A stretch of 64,000 bases of DNA from Opitutaceae bacterium (GCA_035626915.1 DASPMS010000011.1:16179-80178); one strand, 5' to 3'; numbered from the stretch's first letter, positions 16,903-26,244 are shown. A program made the numbers and translations. Notes: generated by a model not told the origin, from the letters alone.

Positions 16903-17406
16903 CTATTCGGCCTCGAGCTCCGGGGCTTCCCAGCTGATCTCGCTCGCGATGCTGGTGAGCAGCTTGTCGGTCTTGCCCTCTTCATCGAGGGTCTGCTGCA
17001 GGACCTGCGCGACCTCGTCCTCGCCGGCGAGCTCGGCGAGCGTGCGGGCGGTGCCGTAGCCGGCGATCTCGTAATGCTCCACCTTCTGCGCGGCGGCGAT
17101 GAGCGCCAGATCGAGCATCGCGGGTTCGGCATCCTCCTTCATGGTGTGCTGCCCCTCGGCGATGAGGCCCTCCATCGCCAGGCACTTCTTTCCCTTCGGC
17201 GACTCGTCGAGCTGGTTCATGATGCCCTCGAGCCGCTCGGCGTGCCGCATCGTCTCGGCGAGGTGGGTTTCGAACGCCTGCTTGAGCTCGGGGGTCTCGG
17301 CCTTCTTGGCCATCTTCGGAAGCGCCTTAACCAGTTGGGTCTCGGCGCTGTACAAATCCTTGAGTTCTTCGATGAGAAGGTCGCGGGGGGTGGAGATCTT
17401 GGACAT
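16903..17406 (-). CDS. DUF892 / YciE-YciF-like ferritin-fold stress protein
   Basis: In-frame ATG 17406..17404 (MSKISTPRDLLIEELKDLYSAETQLVKALPKMAKKA..PELKQAFETHLAET..H..RLE...). This is the canonical DUF892 N-terminus, and EHYEIAGYGTA is also typical. Confidence 0.85.
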   Translation of the reverse strand: MSKISTPRDLLIEELKDLYSAETQLVKALPKMAKKAETPELKQAFETHLAETMRHAERLEGIMNQLDESPKGKKCLAMEGLIAEGQHTMKEDAEPAMLDLALIAAAQKVEHYEIAGYGTARTLAELAGEDEVAQVLQQTLDEEGKTDKLLTSIASEISWEAPELEAE

Positions 17407-17575
17407 GTGGATAGAAGTTGAGGTTGCGATGACAGTGGCGCGGGGAGGATAGCCGCGGGCGCGGCGAGCGTCCATCGGGGGCCCGGCGCCCGGGCGGCCC
17501 CGAAAAGCTCGGCGAGAGCCTCACGGGTTTCCCCCTATGTCCTTGTGGCCCGGGGCGCGGTAGAATAGCCGCGCA

Positions 17576-17881
17576 ATGAAACCCTCACGTTCCGCTGGCG
17601 CCCAGAACCAAGGGCGCCGTTCCGCGACCCGGGCCGAAACGACGCCCGCGGCCGCGCCCCAGACCGGCGGGGCCGGCTCGTTCCAGCCCCTGCCTCCTTC
17701 GCACGACGACATCGCTCGTCGCGCCTACCAGAATTGGGAAAACAGCGGCCGGCCGGACGGGACCGACCAGCAGCACTGGTACAACGCCGAGCAGGAGCTG
17801 CGCGGCTCGTCCGAGCCGGACCGACGCGGCGCGCAGGAAAGCGAGTCGGCCGAGACCGAGACGCGCCGGAGCGAGCCCTGA
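17576..17881 (+). CDS. DUF2934-domain protein
   Basis: 101 aa with signature HDDIARRAYQNWENSGRPDGTDQQHWYNAEQEL. A TAGAAT -10-like hexamer lies 12 nt upstream of the ATG. Confidence 0.75.
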   Translation: MKPSRSAGAQNQGRRSATRAETTPAAAPQTGGAGSFQPLPPSHDDIARRAYQNWENSGRPDGTDQQHWYNAEQELRGSSEPDRRGAQESESAETETRRSEP

Positions 17882-17893
17882 GTGGGTCGGTCA

Positions 17894-18280
17894 TCAGCCG
17901 CGCGACCGGGTCCGACGACCGGTCGCGCGCCAGGCGAGGACCCAGAGCGCGACGAGGCCGAATTCGAGCGCCGCATCCGCCCAGTAGATCCGGGTCGTCT
18001 CGGGCAAGGGGACGCACAGCAGGTCGGCGACTCCCAGGAGGAACGCCGAGCCGGCACCGAGAGCGGCGAACTCGGCCGCGAAGGGGCGCTGTCGCGCGGC
18101 CGCGACCAGCACGCCTCCGATCAGCGCGATGAGGGCGCCGACGAGCTGCGCGAGCCAGAAGTTCGTCTTGAAGCCGGTGAGGGCCTGGAAGCTCGTCCCG
18201 TGCATGAGCGGCCAAACGCCGGTGACGACGAAGTACGCGCCCTGCGCCCGCGCGAGCTGGGGCACCGACGGCAGTTTCAT
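17894..18280 (-). CDS. Hypothetical integral membrane protein (about 4 TM helices)
   Basis: 128 aa of alternating hydrophobic segments (YFVVTGVWPLM, LAQLVGALIALIGGVLVAAA, FAALGAGSAFLLGVADLL, AALEFGLVALWVLAW). No family recognised. Confidence 0.55.
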   Translation of the reverse strand: MKLPSVPQLARAQGAYFVVTGVWPLMHGTSFQALTGFKTNFWLAQLVGALIALIGGVLVAAARQRPFAAEFAALGAGSAFLLGVADLLCVPLPETTRIYWADAALEFGLVALWVLAWRATGRRTRSRG

Positions 18281-18339
18281 GCCTTCGCGACCTTCGCGCC
18301 CGCGGGCGGTTCCGACCTTCCCGTCGCCGAGGGAGGTCT

Positions 18340-20088
18340 TTGACCGCCTATTCGGGAGCGCCCGCCTTTGCGACCCTCAGCGCCTCGATGGACCCTTCGG
18401 TACCCCCGTCCGCCCGACCCGAGCCCAGCCGCATCGCGGTGTTCGGCGCCGGCATCGCCGGGCTGACCGTCGCGCACGAGCTGGCGCGGCGGGGCCACCG
18501 CGTGGCCGTGTACGAAGCGGAGGCCGTGCCGGGCGGATTCTTCCGAAGTGAAAGGCGGCCGGAACACGCGGGCATGCCCTCGGAGTACTCGTGGCACGGC
18601 ATGGGCCCATGGTATCACAACGTGTTCGACCTGCTGCGGCAAATTCCCTACGACGCGCGCGGGACGGTGTACGATCGCGCCTTGTCGCGGCCGATCGACT
18701 TCGGCGTATTTCCGGACGACGCCCCCGCCCGGTTCTACGACCGGGGGCTCGCGAGCATCCCCGGGATGTTCCGGTTGCGCGGCGCGCAATGGCTGCCGTG
18801 GGCCTGGCTCATGCTGAAGACATGGACGGCCGACCGGCGCTCCCGCGAGCACTACGCGCGGCTCAACGCGGCGGAGGCCTGGGGGCGCCGGCTCGATCCG
18901 GTGGCAGCGCGGACCTGGCGGGCGTGCTTCGGGCCTTGGGTCGGCTCGGACTGGACGCGCTGCTCGCTACACACCGCCGGCAGCTTCTTTCGAAAGCAAC
19001 TCATGACGCGACCGGCGCATTTCCACGCGCCGGACGAGGATGGCCCGGCCTGGTGGCACCAGGCCGGGGACGGGTGGCTGCTCCTGCGCGGGCCGAGCAG
19101 CGAGGTCTGGTTCGACCGTTGGGTGCGGGCGCTCGGGGCCGCTGGCGTGGAATTCCGGTGGAGCGCGCCGTTGGAGCGGATTGATGTCGGCGGCGAGCAC
19201 GTGACGGGCGCCGAGGTGGGCGGCGGCGAGCGCGTGGTCGCGGATTGGTACGTCCTGGCGGTCACCCCGTTCGCCGCGGCGCGGATCCTTGCGCGGACGC
19301 CCGAACTCGAGCGCCGGAGCGAGCTCGCGCGGTTTCGGCCGCTGATCCAGGACGGCCCGCACGTGCAGGTGTCGTTCCGGGTGGCGTTCGGCGAGCCGGT
19401 CGCCTTTCCGCGCGCGCGCACCGCGGTGGTGCTCGCGGACTCGGAGTTCAACCTGACGGTGTTCGCCCAGGAACAGGCGTGGCGCCCGGAAGTGTTCCTC
19501 GGCGAGGGGGTGAAATCGCTTTGGACGGGGACGAGCTGTGCCTCGACCCGGCCGGGGCGGTTGTACGGAATTCCAGTCGAGAAGTGCACGCGCGAGCAGT
19601 TCGTCGCCGAGATTCGCGCGCAGATCATGGGCTGCGGTGCGTTGGACGCGCTCGTGCGGGAGGCGAACGGCGGCCGGGGGCTCGCGGACTTCGGGCTGGA
19701 GCGGATCGAGATATGGCACGAGTGGGAGTTCTCGCCGGGCGGCATCCGACACCGGCAGCCGAAATGGGTGACCACGACCCGGACCCAGCCGCACCAGCCG
19801 GGGCAAGTGAGCGGCGTGCCGAACCTGCTGCTGGCGGGCGCGCACACGCGGACGGCGGCGGACGTCTGGAGCATCGAGGCGGCGGTGGAAAGCGGCCGCC
19901 GCGCCGCCCGGGCGATCGACCCCCGCGTGCGGGTGGTCCCCCAGCATCGGCCCGCGGTTTTGCGCGTTTTCGGCGCGGTGGACGACGCCTGTTTCCGCCT
20001 TGGGTTGCCCCACGTGCTCGATCTCCTCGCAGGCGCGGCGCTCGGGGCCGCGGTCGGCGGGATCGCGTGGGCAATCCTCGGGCTGTGA
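18340..20088 (+). CDS. FAD/NAD(P)-binding oxidoreductase (amine-oxidase / phytoene-desaturase-like fold) with C-terminal hydrophobic segment
   Basis: 582-aa ORF with dinucleotide-binding motif RIAVFGAGIAGLTVAHELARRGHRVAVYEA....GG. The track start is TTG at 18340. An ATG at 18388 (MDPSVPP) is an equally plausible start. Confidence 0.7.
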   Translation: MTAYSGAPAFATLSASMDPSVPPSARPEPSRIAVFGAGIAGLTVAHELARRGHRVAVYEAEAVPGGFFRSERRPEHAGMPSEYSWHGMGPWYHNVFDLLRQIPYDARGTVYDRALSRPIDFGVFPDDAPARFYDRGLASIPGMFRLRGAQWLPWAWLMLKTWTADRRSREHYARLNAAEAWGRRLDPVAARTWRACFGPWVGSDWTRCSLHTAGSFFRKQLMTRPAHFHAPDEDGPAWWHQAGDGWLLLRGPSSEVWFDRWVRALGAAGVEFRWSAPLERIDVGGEHVTGAEVGGGERVVADWYVLAVTPFAAARILARTPELERRSELARFRPLIQDGPHVQVSFRVAFGEPVAFPRARTAVVLADSEFNLTVFAQEQAWRPEVFLGEGVKSLWTGTSCASTRPGRLYGIPVEKCTREQFVAEIRAQIMGCGALDALVREANGGRGLADFGLERIEIWHEWEFSPGGIRHRQPKWVTTTRTQPHQPGQVSGVPNLLLAGAHTRTAADVWSIEAAVESGRRAARAIDPRVRVVPQHRPAVLRVFGAVDDACFRLGLPHVLDLLAGAALGAAVGGIAWAILGL

Positions 20089-20191
20089 AAACGGCGGGGA
20101 GCGACCGGGCCGCCGGTTCGGGCCCCGGCCCGATTCCGTTCCCTCCGAGGCGAGGCTAGGGTGCCCGACGCGGATCATCCGCGCCGGAACC

Positions 20192-20809
20192 ATGAAGCCG
20201 CTTCTCGTCCTCCTGATGCTCCTCGCGTGCGCCGCCGGCGCCGGAGCGCAGGCGCCCGCCTTGAAGGCCGACCCGCTCGCGAACGTGGGGGGCGAGGAGT
20301 TCGACGGACGGTTCCTCCGGCTGATGATGGAGCATCACCGCCAGGGCCTCGAGATGGCGCGGCTGGCCGCGGAGCGGAGCGAGCGGGACGGACTGGACGA
20401 GCTCGCCGCGCGGATGTCCGGCCAGCTGGAAAAGGAACTGGCCGAGATGGAGCAATTGGCGGGACGCCCGGGCGAATCGCGATCCGGGTTGGGGCGCGCG
20501 GGCGGGGCGGCCGGCACCAATCCCACGCCCGACCGCGGAGGCGAGCGTCCGACCGCCACCCCGGAGGACGACGTGGCCGGCCGGCATGCAGAGGCGATGG
20601 CGCGGCTGCGCGCGGCCGGGGGCGAGGAGTTCGACCGGCTGTTCCTCCAGGAAATGACGAAGCACCACCACGCGGGCTTCGAGTTGAACCAGGTCGCCGC
20701 CGGCCGGGCCGGCGATCGGGAGGTCGCGGCTTTCGCACGGCGGTCCGCCGCCCAGCAACAGCAGGACATCGAGGACATGAACGCCCGGTACGCCGAGTGG
20801 TTCCGCTGA
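20192..20809 (+). CDS. DUF305-family protein (secreted)
   Basis: In-frame ATG at 20192 with a signal peptide (MKPLLVLLMLLACAAGAGAQA). It has two copies of the DUF305 motif (EEFDGRFLRLMMEHHRQGLEMA and EEFDRLFLQEMTKHHHAGFEL). Confidence 0.8.
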   Translation: MKPLLVLLMLLACAAGAGAQAPALKADPLANVGGEEFDGRFLRLMMEHHRQGLEMARLAAERSERDGLDELAARMSGQLEKELAEMEQLAGRPGESRSGLGRAGGAAGTNPTPDRGGERPTATPEDDVAGRHAEAMARLRAAGGEEFDRLFLQEMTKHHHAGFELNQVAAGRAGDREVAAFARRSAAQQQQDIEDMNARYAEWFR

Positions 20810-20979
20810 GTCCCGCGCGACAGGCGTTCGCCCCTGTATGCCGCCCGAGGCGTGACTTCGGCCGCCGGACGCGAGAATCGCGGCGGGAGGTGGGGCGCGG
20901 CGCCGGTCCGTCGGGAGAGATTTTCCCGATCGTCCTACGCGAAGGCGACCGGATACCGGCTGGCCCGGATATCGTTACG

Positions 20980-21618
20980 ATGAAACGCATGAAAACCGCA
21001 TCCCTCTTCCTCGCTTTCCTGACTGCCACCGCCGTTTTCGCGCAGGAGCCGCAGCCCGGGGTGACCGCGCCCGATCTGCAGGAATCGCAGAAGCCGCGCC
21101 GGCAGGACCAGCCGCAGGCCGGCGCGCCCCGGCAGAGCGAGGCCTCGCAGGATGAGCTGAAGGTCACGCCGGAGGAGGCGAAGAAGGAGGTCACGGATGC
21201 CAACAAAGCCACGAACATAATCGGGATGAAGGTGGTGAACCGGCAGAACGAGGACCTCGGCAAGATCAAGGACCTCGTCGTGGACCTCGAGAGCGGCAAG
21301 GTGGCGTATGCGGTGCTGTCGGCGGGGCGCGGCGGGTTCTTCGGCGGGGGCGGCAAGATGGTCGCCGTGCCGATCTCCGCGCTGACGCCCCGGCAGGGCG
21401 AGGCCGGGTTCGTGATCGATGCCGATCGTCAGCGCCTCGACGAGGCGCAGGGATTCTCGGACAGGGACTGGCCGGCGATCGACGCCGCCATGGATCGCAC
21501 GGTCGGGCTCGTGCCCGAGTCGCGGGACGACAAGGACCGGCGGAAGACCGACGAGACGGACGACCGGCGCCGGCAGGCGCTCGATCCGAACCGCACGCAG
21601 CGCGAACGCGATCGGTAA
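20980..21618 (+). CDS. PRC-barrel domain protein (secreted, charged disordered flanks)
   Basis: In-frame ATG at 20980 (MKRMKTASLFLAFLTATAVFAQ). PRC-barrel core: ATNIIGMKVVNRQNEDLGKIKDLVVDLESGKVAYAVLS...KMVAVPISAL. Confidence 0.75.
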   Translation: MKRMKTASLFLAFLTATAVFAQEPQPGVTAPDLQESQKPRRQDQPQAGAPRQSEASQDELKVTPEEAKKEVTDANKATNIIGMKVVNRQNEDLGKIKDLVVDLESGKVAYAVLSAGRGGFFGGGGKMVAVPISALTPRQGEAGFVIDADRQRLDEAQGFSDRDWPAIDAAMDRTVGLVPESRDDKDRRKTDETDDRRRQALDPNRTQRERDR

Positions 21619-21804
21619 GGCCGCCGGGGCCCCGGCGGCGTCGGCGCCTACCGGGCCAATATGCGGCAGGAGCCGTCGGAGACCGCCGGCGGGTCCGGGC
21701 GGAAAGCCGTCGCGACGGTCACGTACCAGGCCCGCTCGGCCAGCGCGTGCGCCGCGCCGGAGCGCGCGGAGCTGCCGTCAGGAGCCAGTCCCTGACGGCC
21801 TGCA

Positions 21805-22071
21805 TCAGGCGGGGTCGCGAGCTTCGCTGAAGGCCGGCAGCGGATGCGGGCGATCCGACGTGTGACGCAGCGTAATGAGCCGCGCGGTGTGGACACCGGG
21901 GGTGCTCGCGGCGTCCCAGAAGCAATCGAACGAATTCGCGAAAGACCGGGTGCATTGCGCGACGCGCTGACCGGCCTCGTTGCAAAGGAGCCAGTACCAG
22001 GTGCCGGGAGCGTGTTCCGTCAGATATAGTGCGTTGGCGTCGATGGAGAGGGTGTCGTAAGTGCGGGACAT
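21805..22071 (-). CDS. Small hypothetical protein (orphan)
   Basis: 88 aa with non-low-complexity composition including Trp/Cys/Phe (TWYWLLCNEAGQRVAQCTRSFANSFDCFWD). It lies in a lower-GC patch. No family recognised. Confidence 0.4.
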   Translation of the reverse strand: MSRTYDTLSIDANALYLTEHAPGTWYWLLCNEAGQRVAQCTRSFANSFDCFWDAASTPGVHTARLITLRHTSDRPHPLPAFSEARDPA

Positions 22072-22794
22072 CGTTGGCGCTCGGCCCGGGAGCGGGTCTT
22101 TGATAACTGACGGACGGTGACATCCAAATGGGGCGAAACCCTACCCCAGGAGGGCAATCCGGCCCCGAGCGAGGCGAGGCGGCTTCGCTTCGGGCGAACC
22201 CGATTCGGCGAAGTTTTGCCCGCCGGATTGATCGCGTCGGCCCGCATTCGCGATGCGGTCAACCGCGATTTGCCCGCTGTCCTGGCGCCGAACGCGGGAG
22301 ATCCGCCGGAAAGATATACTTAGAGGTTCTGAAGTGACGGACCGGAACGCGGCACAAATAACTGTGTGCTACATAATTATCTTCGAAATTCCGGGGTTGC
22401 CGCAACGATGGGGAGCTGGTCGCGCCCACCGTCCCCCACGCACGACGGGTTCTGACCTGTGGCAGCTTGTGATCGCGCGGCAAGTTCGCCATCCCGCGTT
22501 CATGCCCCTCGTCCCTGCGCGCGCACACGTACCCGCCTGATCAATTCCAAGCCATCAACGCGTGGGTGACTGGATTCCTTGGCTTGCCCGGGGAATGACC
22601 TGGAATCCGGCGGCGGGCGTGGCGGCCAGATTTTTCGCCGTCCACGCCGGCCGTTGCGACGGCTGGCCTGAACACCTACCTCGCCGCCCGGTCGCGGGCC
22701 GGCGGGGGACTGCCGCGGCGGGGGGCCTTCCCACCGGCCCGACACCGGGACTTGCCTACTGGGCGGGACCGGCGACCTCCGGCACACTGGCAGC

Positions 22795-23058
22795 ATGGTA
22801 AACCTCAACGCTGCTTCCTTTTCGGCCGACGACTTGCCGGTGGTCGGAGCGGCCGCCCCCGAGAACCTCTCCCGGGAGGATTACAACCGGATGATCGGCC
22901 ACCTGAACTACGCGCTCATGGTTTTCGGGCAGGCCAACAAGATCCTCTGCGCGGCGGAGATCCGGACGAAAAGCCTGATCAATTCCGTCAAGACGGAGCT
23001 CGAGCGTCGGCAGAAGGAATTGCCGGCGCCGTCGATCACCGAAGCCTTCCGGGCCTGA
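22795..23058 (+). CDS. Small hypothetical protein (orphan)
   Basis: 87 aa of helical-looking sequence (REDYNRMIGHLNYALMVFGQANKILCAAEIRTKSLINSVKTELERRQKE) with lower GC3 than the surrounding genome. No family recognised. Confidence 0.4.
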   Translation: MVNLNAASFSADDLPVVGAAAPENLSREDYNRMIGHLNYALMVFGQANKILCAAEIRTKSLINSVKTELERRQKELPAPSITEAFRA

Positions 23059-23104
23059 GGGCGATCGAGGCCGTGGCGCGCCGGGACGGCGCGCACCACC
23101 GCCG

Positions 23105-23185
23105 GGGGCACGCGCGCCCCGCCGGTGGCACGCGCGGTCCGGCGGGTGGCACGCGCGGTCCGGCAGGTGGCACGCGCGGTCCCCG
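23105..23185. repeat. Tandem direct repeat, 21-bp unit GGTGGCACGCGCGGTCCGGCR x3 plus one degenerate leading copy
   Basis: Read directly: GGGGCACGCGCGCCCCGCC / GGTGGCACGCGCGGTCCGGCG / GGTGGCACGCGCGGTCCGGCA / GGTGGCACGCGCGGTCCCCG. It lies about 100 bp upstream of the amidohydrolase start. Confidence 0.8.
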
Positions 23186-23284
23186 CGCGTTTCCAGCGGG
23201 CGGTTGTCGGTCATGCGCCGGAGTTTTCCTCGGTTGCCATGGGCGGAGGAGGCGGCAAGTTCGACGGCCGGTTCAGCCGTCGCC

Positions 23285-24541
23285 ATGCGAATCCGGAATT
23301 GCGCGATCTTGATTGCCGTCGCCCTGCTGGCCACTGGGCGCGGAGTCGCGGCCGGCGATGTCGCGCTCGTGGGCGGGAAAATCTACGTGTCGCCGACCGG
23401 GCCGGCGATCGAGGACGGCGTGGTCGTCGTGCGCAACGGGCGCATCGCGGCCGTCGGTCCGCGCGCGCAGGTCGTCGTGCCGCCGTCGGCGGAGGTCGTC
23501 GACTGCCGGGGCGGGGTGGTGACCGCCGGGTTCTGGAACTGCCACGTGCATTTCATGGGACCGGCGGTGCTGCAGGCCGGGACGCGGGACGGCGCCGCGC
23601 TCTCGCTCGCGCTCGAGGAAATGCTCACGCGCTGGGGTTTCACGACCGTCTTCGACCTGGCCTCGAGCTTCGAGAACACCGCCGAGCTGCGCCGGCGCAT
23701 CGACGGCGGCGAGATTCCCGGCCCGCGCATCCTCACGACCGGCGAGCCTTTCTACCCGAAGGACGGCACGCCGATCTATGTCCGGGGCTTCTACGCGGCG
23801 CATCGCCTGCCGTCGGCGGAGGTCGCGACCGCCGACGAGGCGCGCGCGCGCGTGCGGCGGCAGGTGGGCGCGGGGGTGGATGGGGTCAAGTTGTTCGCGG
23901 GGTCGTTCGTCGAGGGGTGGAAGATTCTGCCGATGCCGGACGATGTCGCGCGGGCGATTGCCGACGAGGCCCATGCCGCGGGCCGGCCCGTGTTCGCCCA
24001 TCCTTCGAACCCAGTCGGAATCGACGTCGCCCTGCGAAGCGGGGTCGACGTCCTCGCCCACACTACGTCCGTGGGCGGTCCCTGGCCGCCGGAGCTGGTC
24101 GCCCGGCTCACGGCCGCCCGGGTCGCCCTCGTGCCGACGCTCAGCCTGTTTGGGATCGAGCTGAAAAAGTCCGGGGCCTCGCCCGCGGACACGGAGCGGG
24201 TCCTGGAAACAGTGGTGGCGCAACTGCGCGCGTTCGCCGCGGGCGGAGGCCAGGTCCTGTTCGGCACGGACGTCGGCTACACGCAGCAGCACGATACCAC
24301 CGAGGAGTTCACGCTGATGGCGCGCGCCGGGCTGGATTTCCAGGCCATCCTGGCGGCGCTCACCACGGCGCCGGCCGAGCGGTTCCAGCGCGCCGGAGAA
24401 CTCGGCCGGATCGCGCCCGGCTACCTCGCCGATCTCGTCGTGCTCGAGGCCGATCCCGCCGAGGACATCACCGCCTTCGCCCGCGTGCGGCGCACCGTTC
24501 GCGAGGGGCGGGTGGTTTATTCCCGGGCAGGGCATCGGTAG
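23285..24541 (+). CDS. Amidohydrolase-family metallohydrolase (secreted)
   Basis: In-frame ATG at 23285 (MRIRNCAILIAVALLATG signal). Motifs: metal-binding HxH in GFWNCHVHF, VKLFAG, PVFAHP, VDVLAHT, LFGTDVGY, and PGYLADLVVL near the C-terminus. Confidence 0.8.
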   Translation: MRIRNCAILIAVALLATGRGVAAGDVALVGGKIYVSPTGPAIEDGVVVVRNGRIAAVGPRAQVVVPPSAEVVDCRGGVVTAGFWNCHVHFMGPAVLQAGTRDGAALSLALEEMLTRWGFTTVFDLASSFENTAELRRRIDGGEIPGPRILTTGEPFYPKDGTPIYVRGFYAAHRLPSAEVATADEARARVRRQVGAGVDGVKLFAGSFVEGWKILPMPDDVARAIADEAHAAGRPVFAHPSNPVGIDVALRSGVDVLAHTTSVGGPWPPELVARLTAARVALVPTLSLFGIELKKSGASPADTERVLETVVAQLRAFAAGGGQVLFGTDVGYTQQHDTTEEFTLMARAGLDFQAILAALTTAPAERFQRAGELGRIAPGYLADLVVLEADPAEDITAFARVRRTVREGRVVYSRAGHR

Positions 24542-24705
24542 GACGCCTTCTCCCGGCGGAATTGCGGGCCGGTCCGCGCGAGCCACGCGTGCTCCTGGAC
24601 AGGGACGATGGCGGAAGCGCCGGCCGGAAGCTTCCCGCAAGCGCATTCGGGGGAAACCGGCGGAGCCGGCATTTGCGGGCGGCCGGCACTCGGTCAAGGT
24701 GCGGC

Positions 24706-25590
24706 ATGGATGCGGTGACGCGACAACGCTTTCCCCTCCCGGGCGGCCCCGAGCTGTCCTACCTCGTGGCGGGCGACTCGTCGAAGCCCGCCGTGCTGCT
24801 CCTGCACGGATTGCCGAATTCGGCGCGCATGTTTCGCGAGGTCATGACTCCGCTGGCGGAGGTCGCGTATGCGGTCGCGCCGGACCTGCCTGGCTTCGGC
24901 GAGTCCGATCTCCTGCCGGTTTCCTCGTTCGCGGCGTACGGGGAGGCCATCGGACAGCTGCTGGACCACCTGGGGATCGGGCCTTGCCACATCTTCCTGC
25001 ATGACTTCGGCGCACCGGTGGGCTTTCACCTCGCGATGCGGGCGCCGGAAAAGGTCCTCGGACTCATCATCCAGAACGCGAACGCGCACCGCACGGGCAT
25101 GGGACCGCAATGGGCCACGACGGAGGCGTATTGGGCCCAGCCCACGCCGGAGAACGAGGCGGCGGCGACGAAGCACCTGAGCTTCGAGGGCACGCGCGAG
25201 CAGTACGTCTCCGGCGTGCCTCCGGAGATCACCGCGGGGATTCCGGCGGAGCGCTGGGAGGAGGACTGGCGGGTGATGCAGCTGCCAGGCCGGATGGAGA
25301 TGCAGCGGGCGCTCCTCCTCGACTATGGACGCTACGTCGCGCGATTCGGCGCGATCGCCGGCTATCTCAAACGGTGGCAGCCTCCGGCGCTGCTGGTCTG
25401 GGGCCGGCACGACATTTATTTCGAACTCGCCGAAGTTCTTTCCTGGATGCAGGCCCTGCCGCGCATGGAAGCCCATGTCCTCGACGCCGGCCACCTCCTG
25501 CTCGAAACCCACTCGGCCCAGGCCGCGCCGCTGATGGTGGAGTTTCTCCGCCGCACTCGACGGAACGGGACCGCGCCGGGCCGCGGGTAG
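24706..25590 (+). CDS. Alpha/beta hydrolase (epoxide-hydrolase / haloalkane-dehalogenase-like)
   Basis: In-frame ATG at 24706. Motifs: VLLLHGLPNSARMF, nucleophile-elbow-like FLHDFGAPVG, LLVWGRHD, and a catalytic His context DAGHLLLE. Confidence 0.8.
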   Translation: MDAVTRQRFPLPGGPELSYLVAGDSSKPAVLLLHGLPNSARMFREVMTPLAEVAYAVAPDLPGFGESDLLPVSSFAAYGEAIGQLLDHLGIGPCHIFLHDFGAPVGFHLAMRAPEKVLGLIIQNANAHRTGMGPQWATTEAYWAQPTPENEAAATKHLSFEGTREQYVSGVPPEITAGIPAERWEEDWRVMQLPGRMEMQRALLLDYGRYVARFGAIAGYLKRWQPPALLVWGRHDIYFELAEVLSWMQALPRMEAHVLDAGHLLLETHSAQAAPLMVEFLRRTRRNGTAPGRG

Positions 25591-25689
25591 CGGCTGCCGC
25601 GGGAATGGCGTCGCGACTCGACTTGGGACGGGCCGCGATCGGGGGCGCCGCGCGGACGGGCGCCTCGGTCCGGTGGAATCTTTTGCGCG

Positions 25690-26178
25690 TCAGGCACCCC
25701 GGCGCGCGGCCTCGATCTTGGCGATGTCGATCTTTCCCATCTCCATCATCGCCTCGAAGGCGCGCTTGGCTTCCGCGCCGCCCGCGGCAATCGCGCGGGT
25801 GAGCGCGCGCGGCGTGATCTGCCAGGAAAGTCCCCAGCGGTCCTTGCACCAGCCGCAGGCGCTTTCCTGCCCGCCGTTGTTCACGATGGCGTTCCAGTAG
25901 CGGTCGGTCTCCTCCTGGGAGTCGGTCGCGACCTGGAAGGAGAAGGCTTCCGAGTGCGAGAAAGCCGGCCCGCCGTTGAGCCCGAGGCAGGGAATGCCGA
26001 GCACGGTGAATTCGACGGTGAGGACGTCGCCCGCCTTGCCCGACGGGTAGTCGCTCGGCGCGTGGTGCACCGCGGTCACGTGGCTGTCGGGGAAGGTCGC
26101 AGCGTAGAAGCGCGCCGCGTCCAGGGCGTCCTTGTCGAACCAGAGGCAGATCGTGTTTTTCGGGATCGGTTTGTTCAT
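25690..26178 (-). CDS. VOC-superfamily protein (PhnB / 3-demethylubiquinone-9 3-methyltransferase-domain type)
   Basis: 162 aa. Motifs typical of this domain family: ICLWFD.DA..AARFYAATFPDS, VLTVEFTVLG...LGLNGGP.F.HSEAFSFQV, ETDRYWNAI, CGWCKDRWGLSWQI. Confidence 0.8.
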   Translation of the reverse strand: MNKPIPKNTICLWFDKDALDAARFYAATFPDSHVTAVHHAPSDYPSGKAGDVLTVEFTVLGIPCLGLNGGPAFSHSEAFSFQVATDSQEETDRYWNAIVNNGGQESACGWCKDRWGLSWQITPRALTRAIAAGGAEAKRAFEAMMEMGKIDIAKIEAARRGA

Positions 26179-26244
26179 GGGTGGTTGGGGGTAGCGACCG
26201 GTGCGGAGGAAGGGGGTTCGGGGCGGCGGTGCGCGAATTTCACG

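Noticed and set aside
22340-22800. GGCAC-containing strings (near 22350 and 22778) as possible sigma-54 promoters
   Set aside because: The -12 element (TTGC at the correct 5-nt spacing) is absent in both. The second lies only about 5 nt from the ATG.
23105-23185. Possible CRISPR array
   Set aside because: The repeats are directly tandem with no spacers, the unit is only 21 bp, and no cas genes are present in the window.
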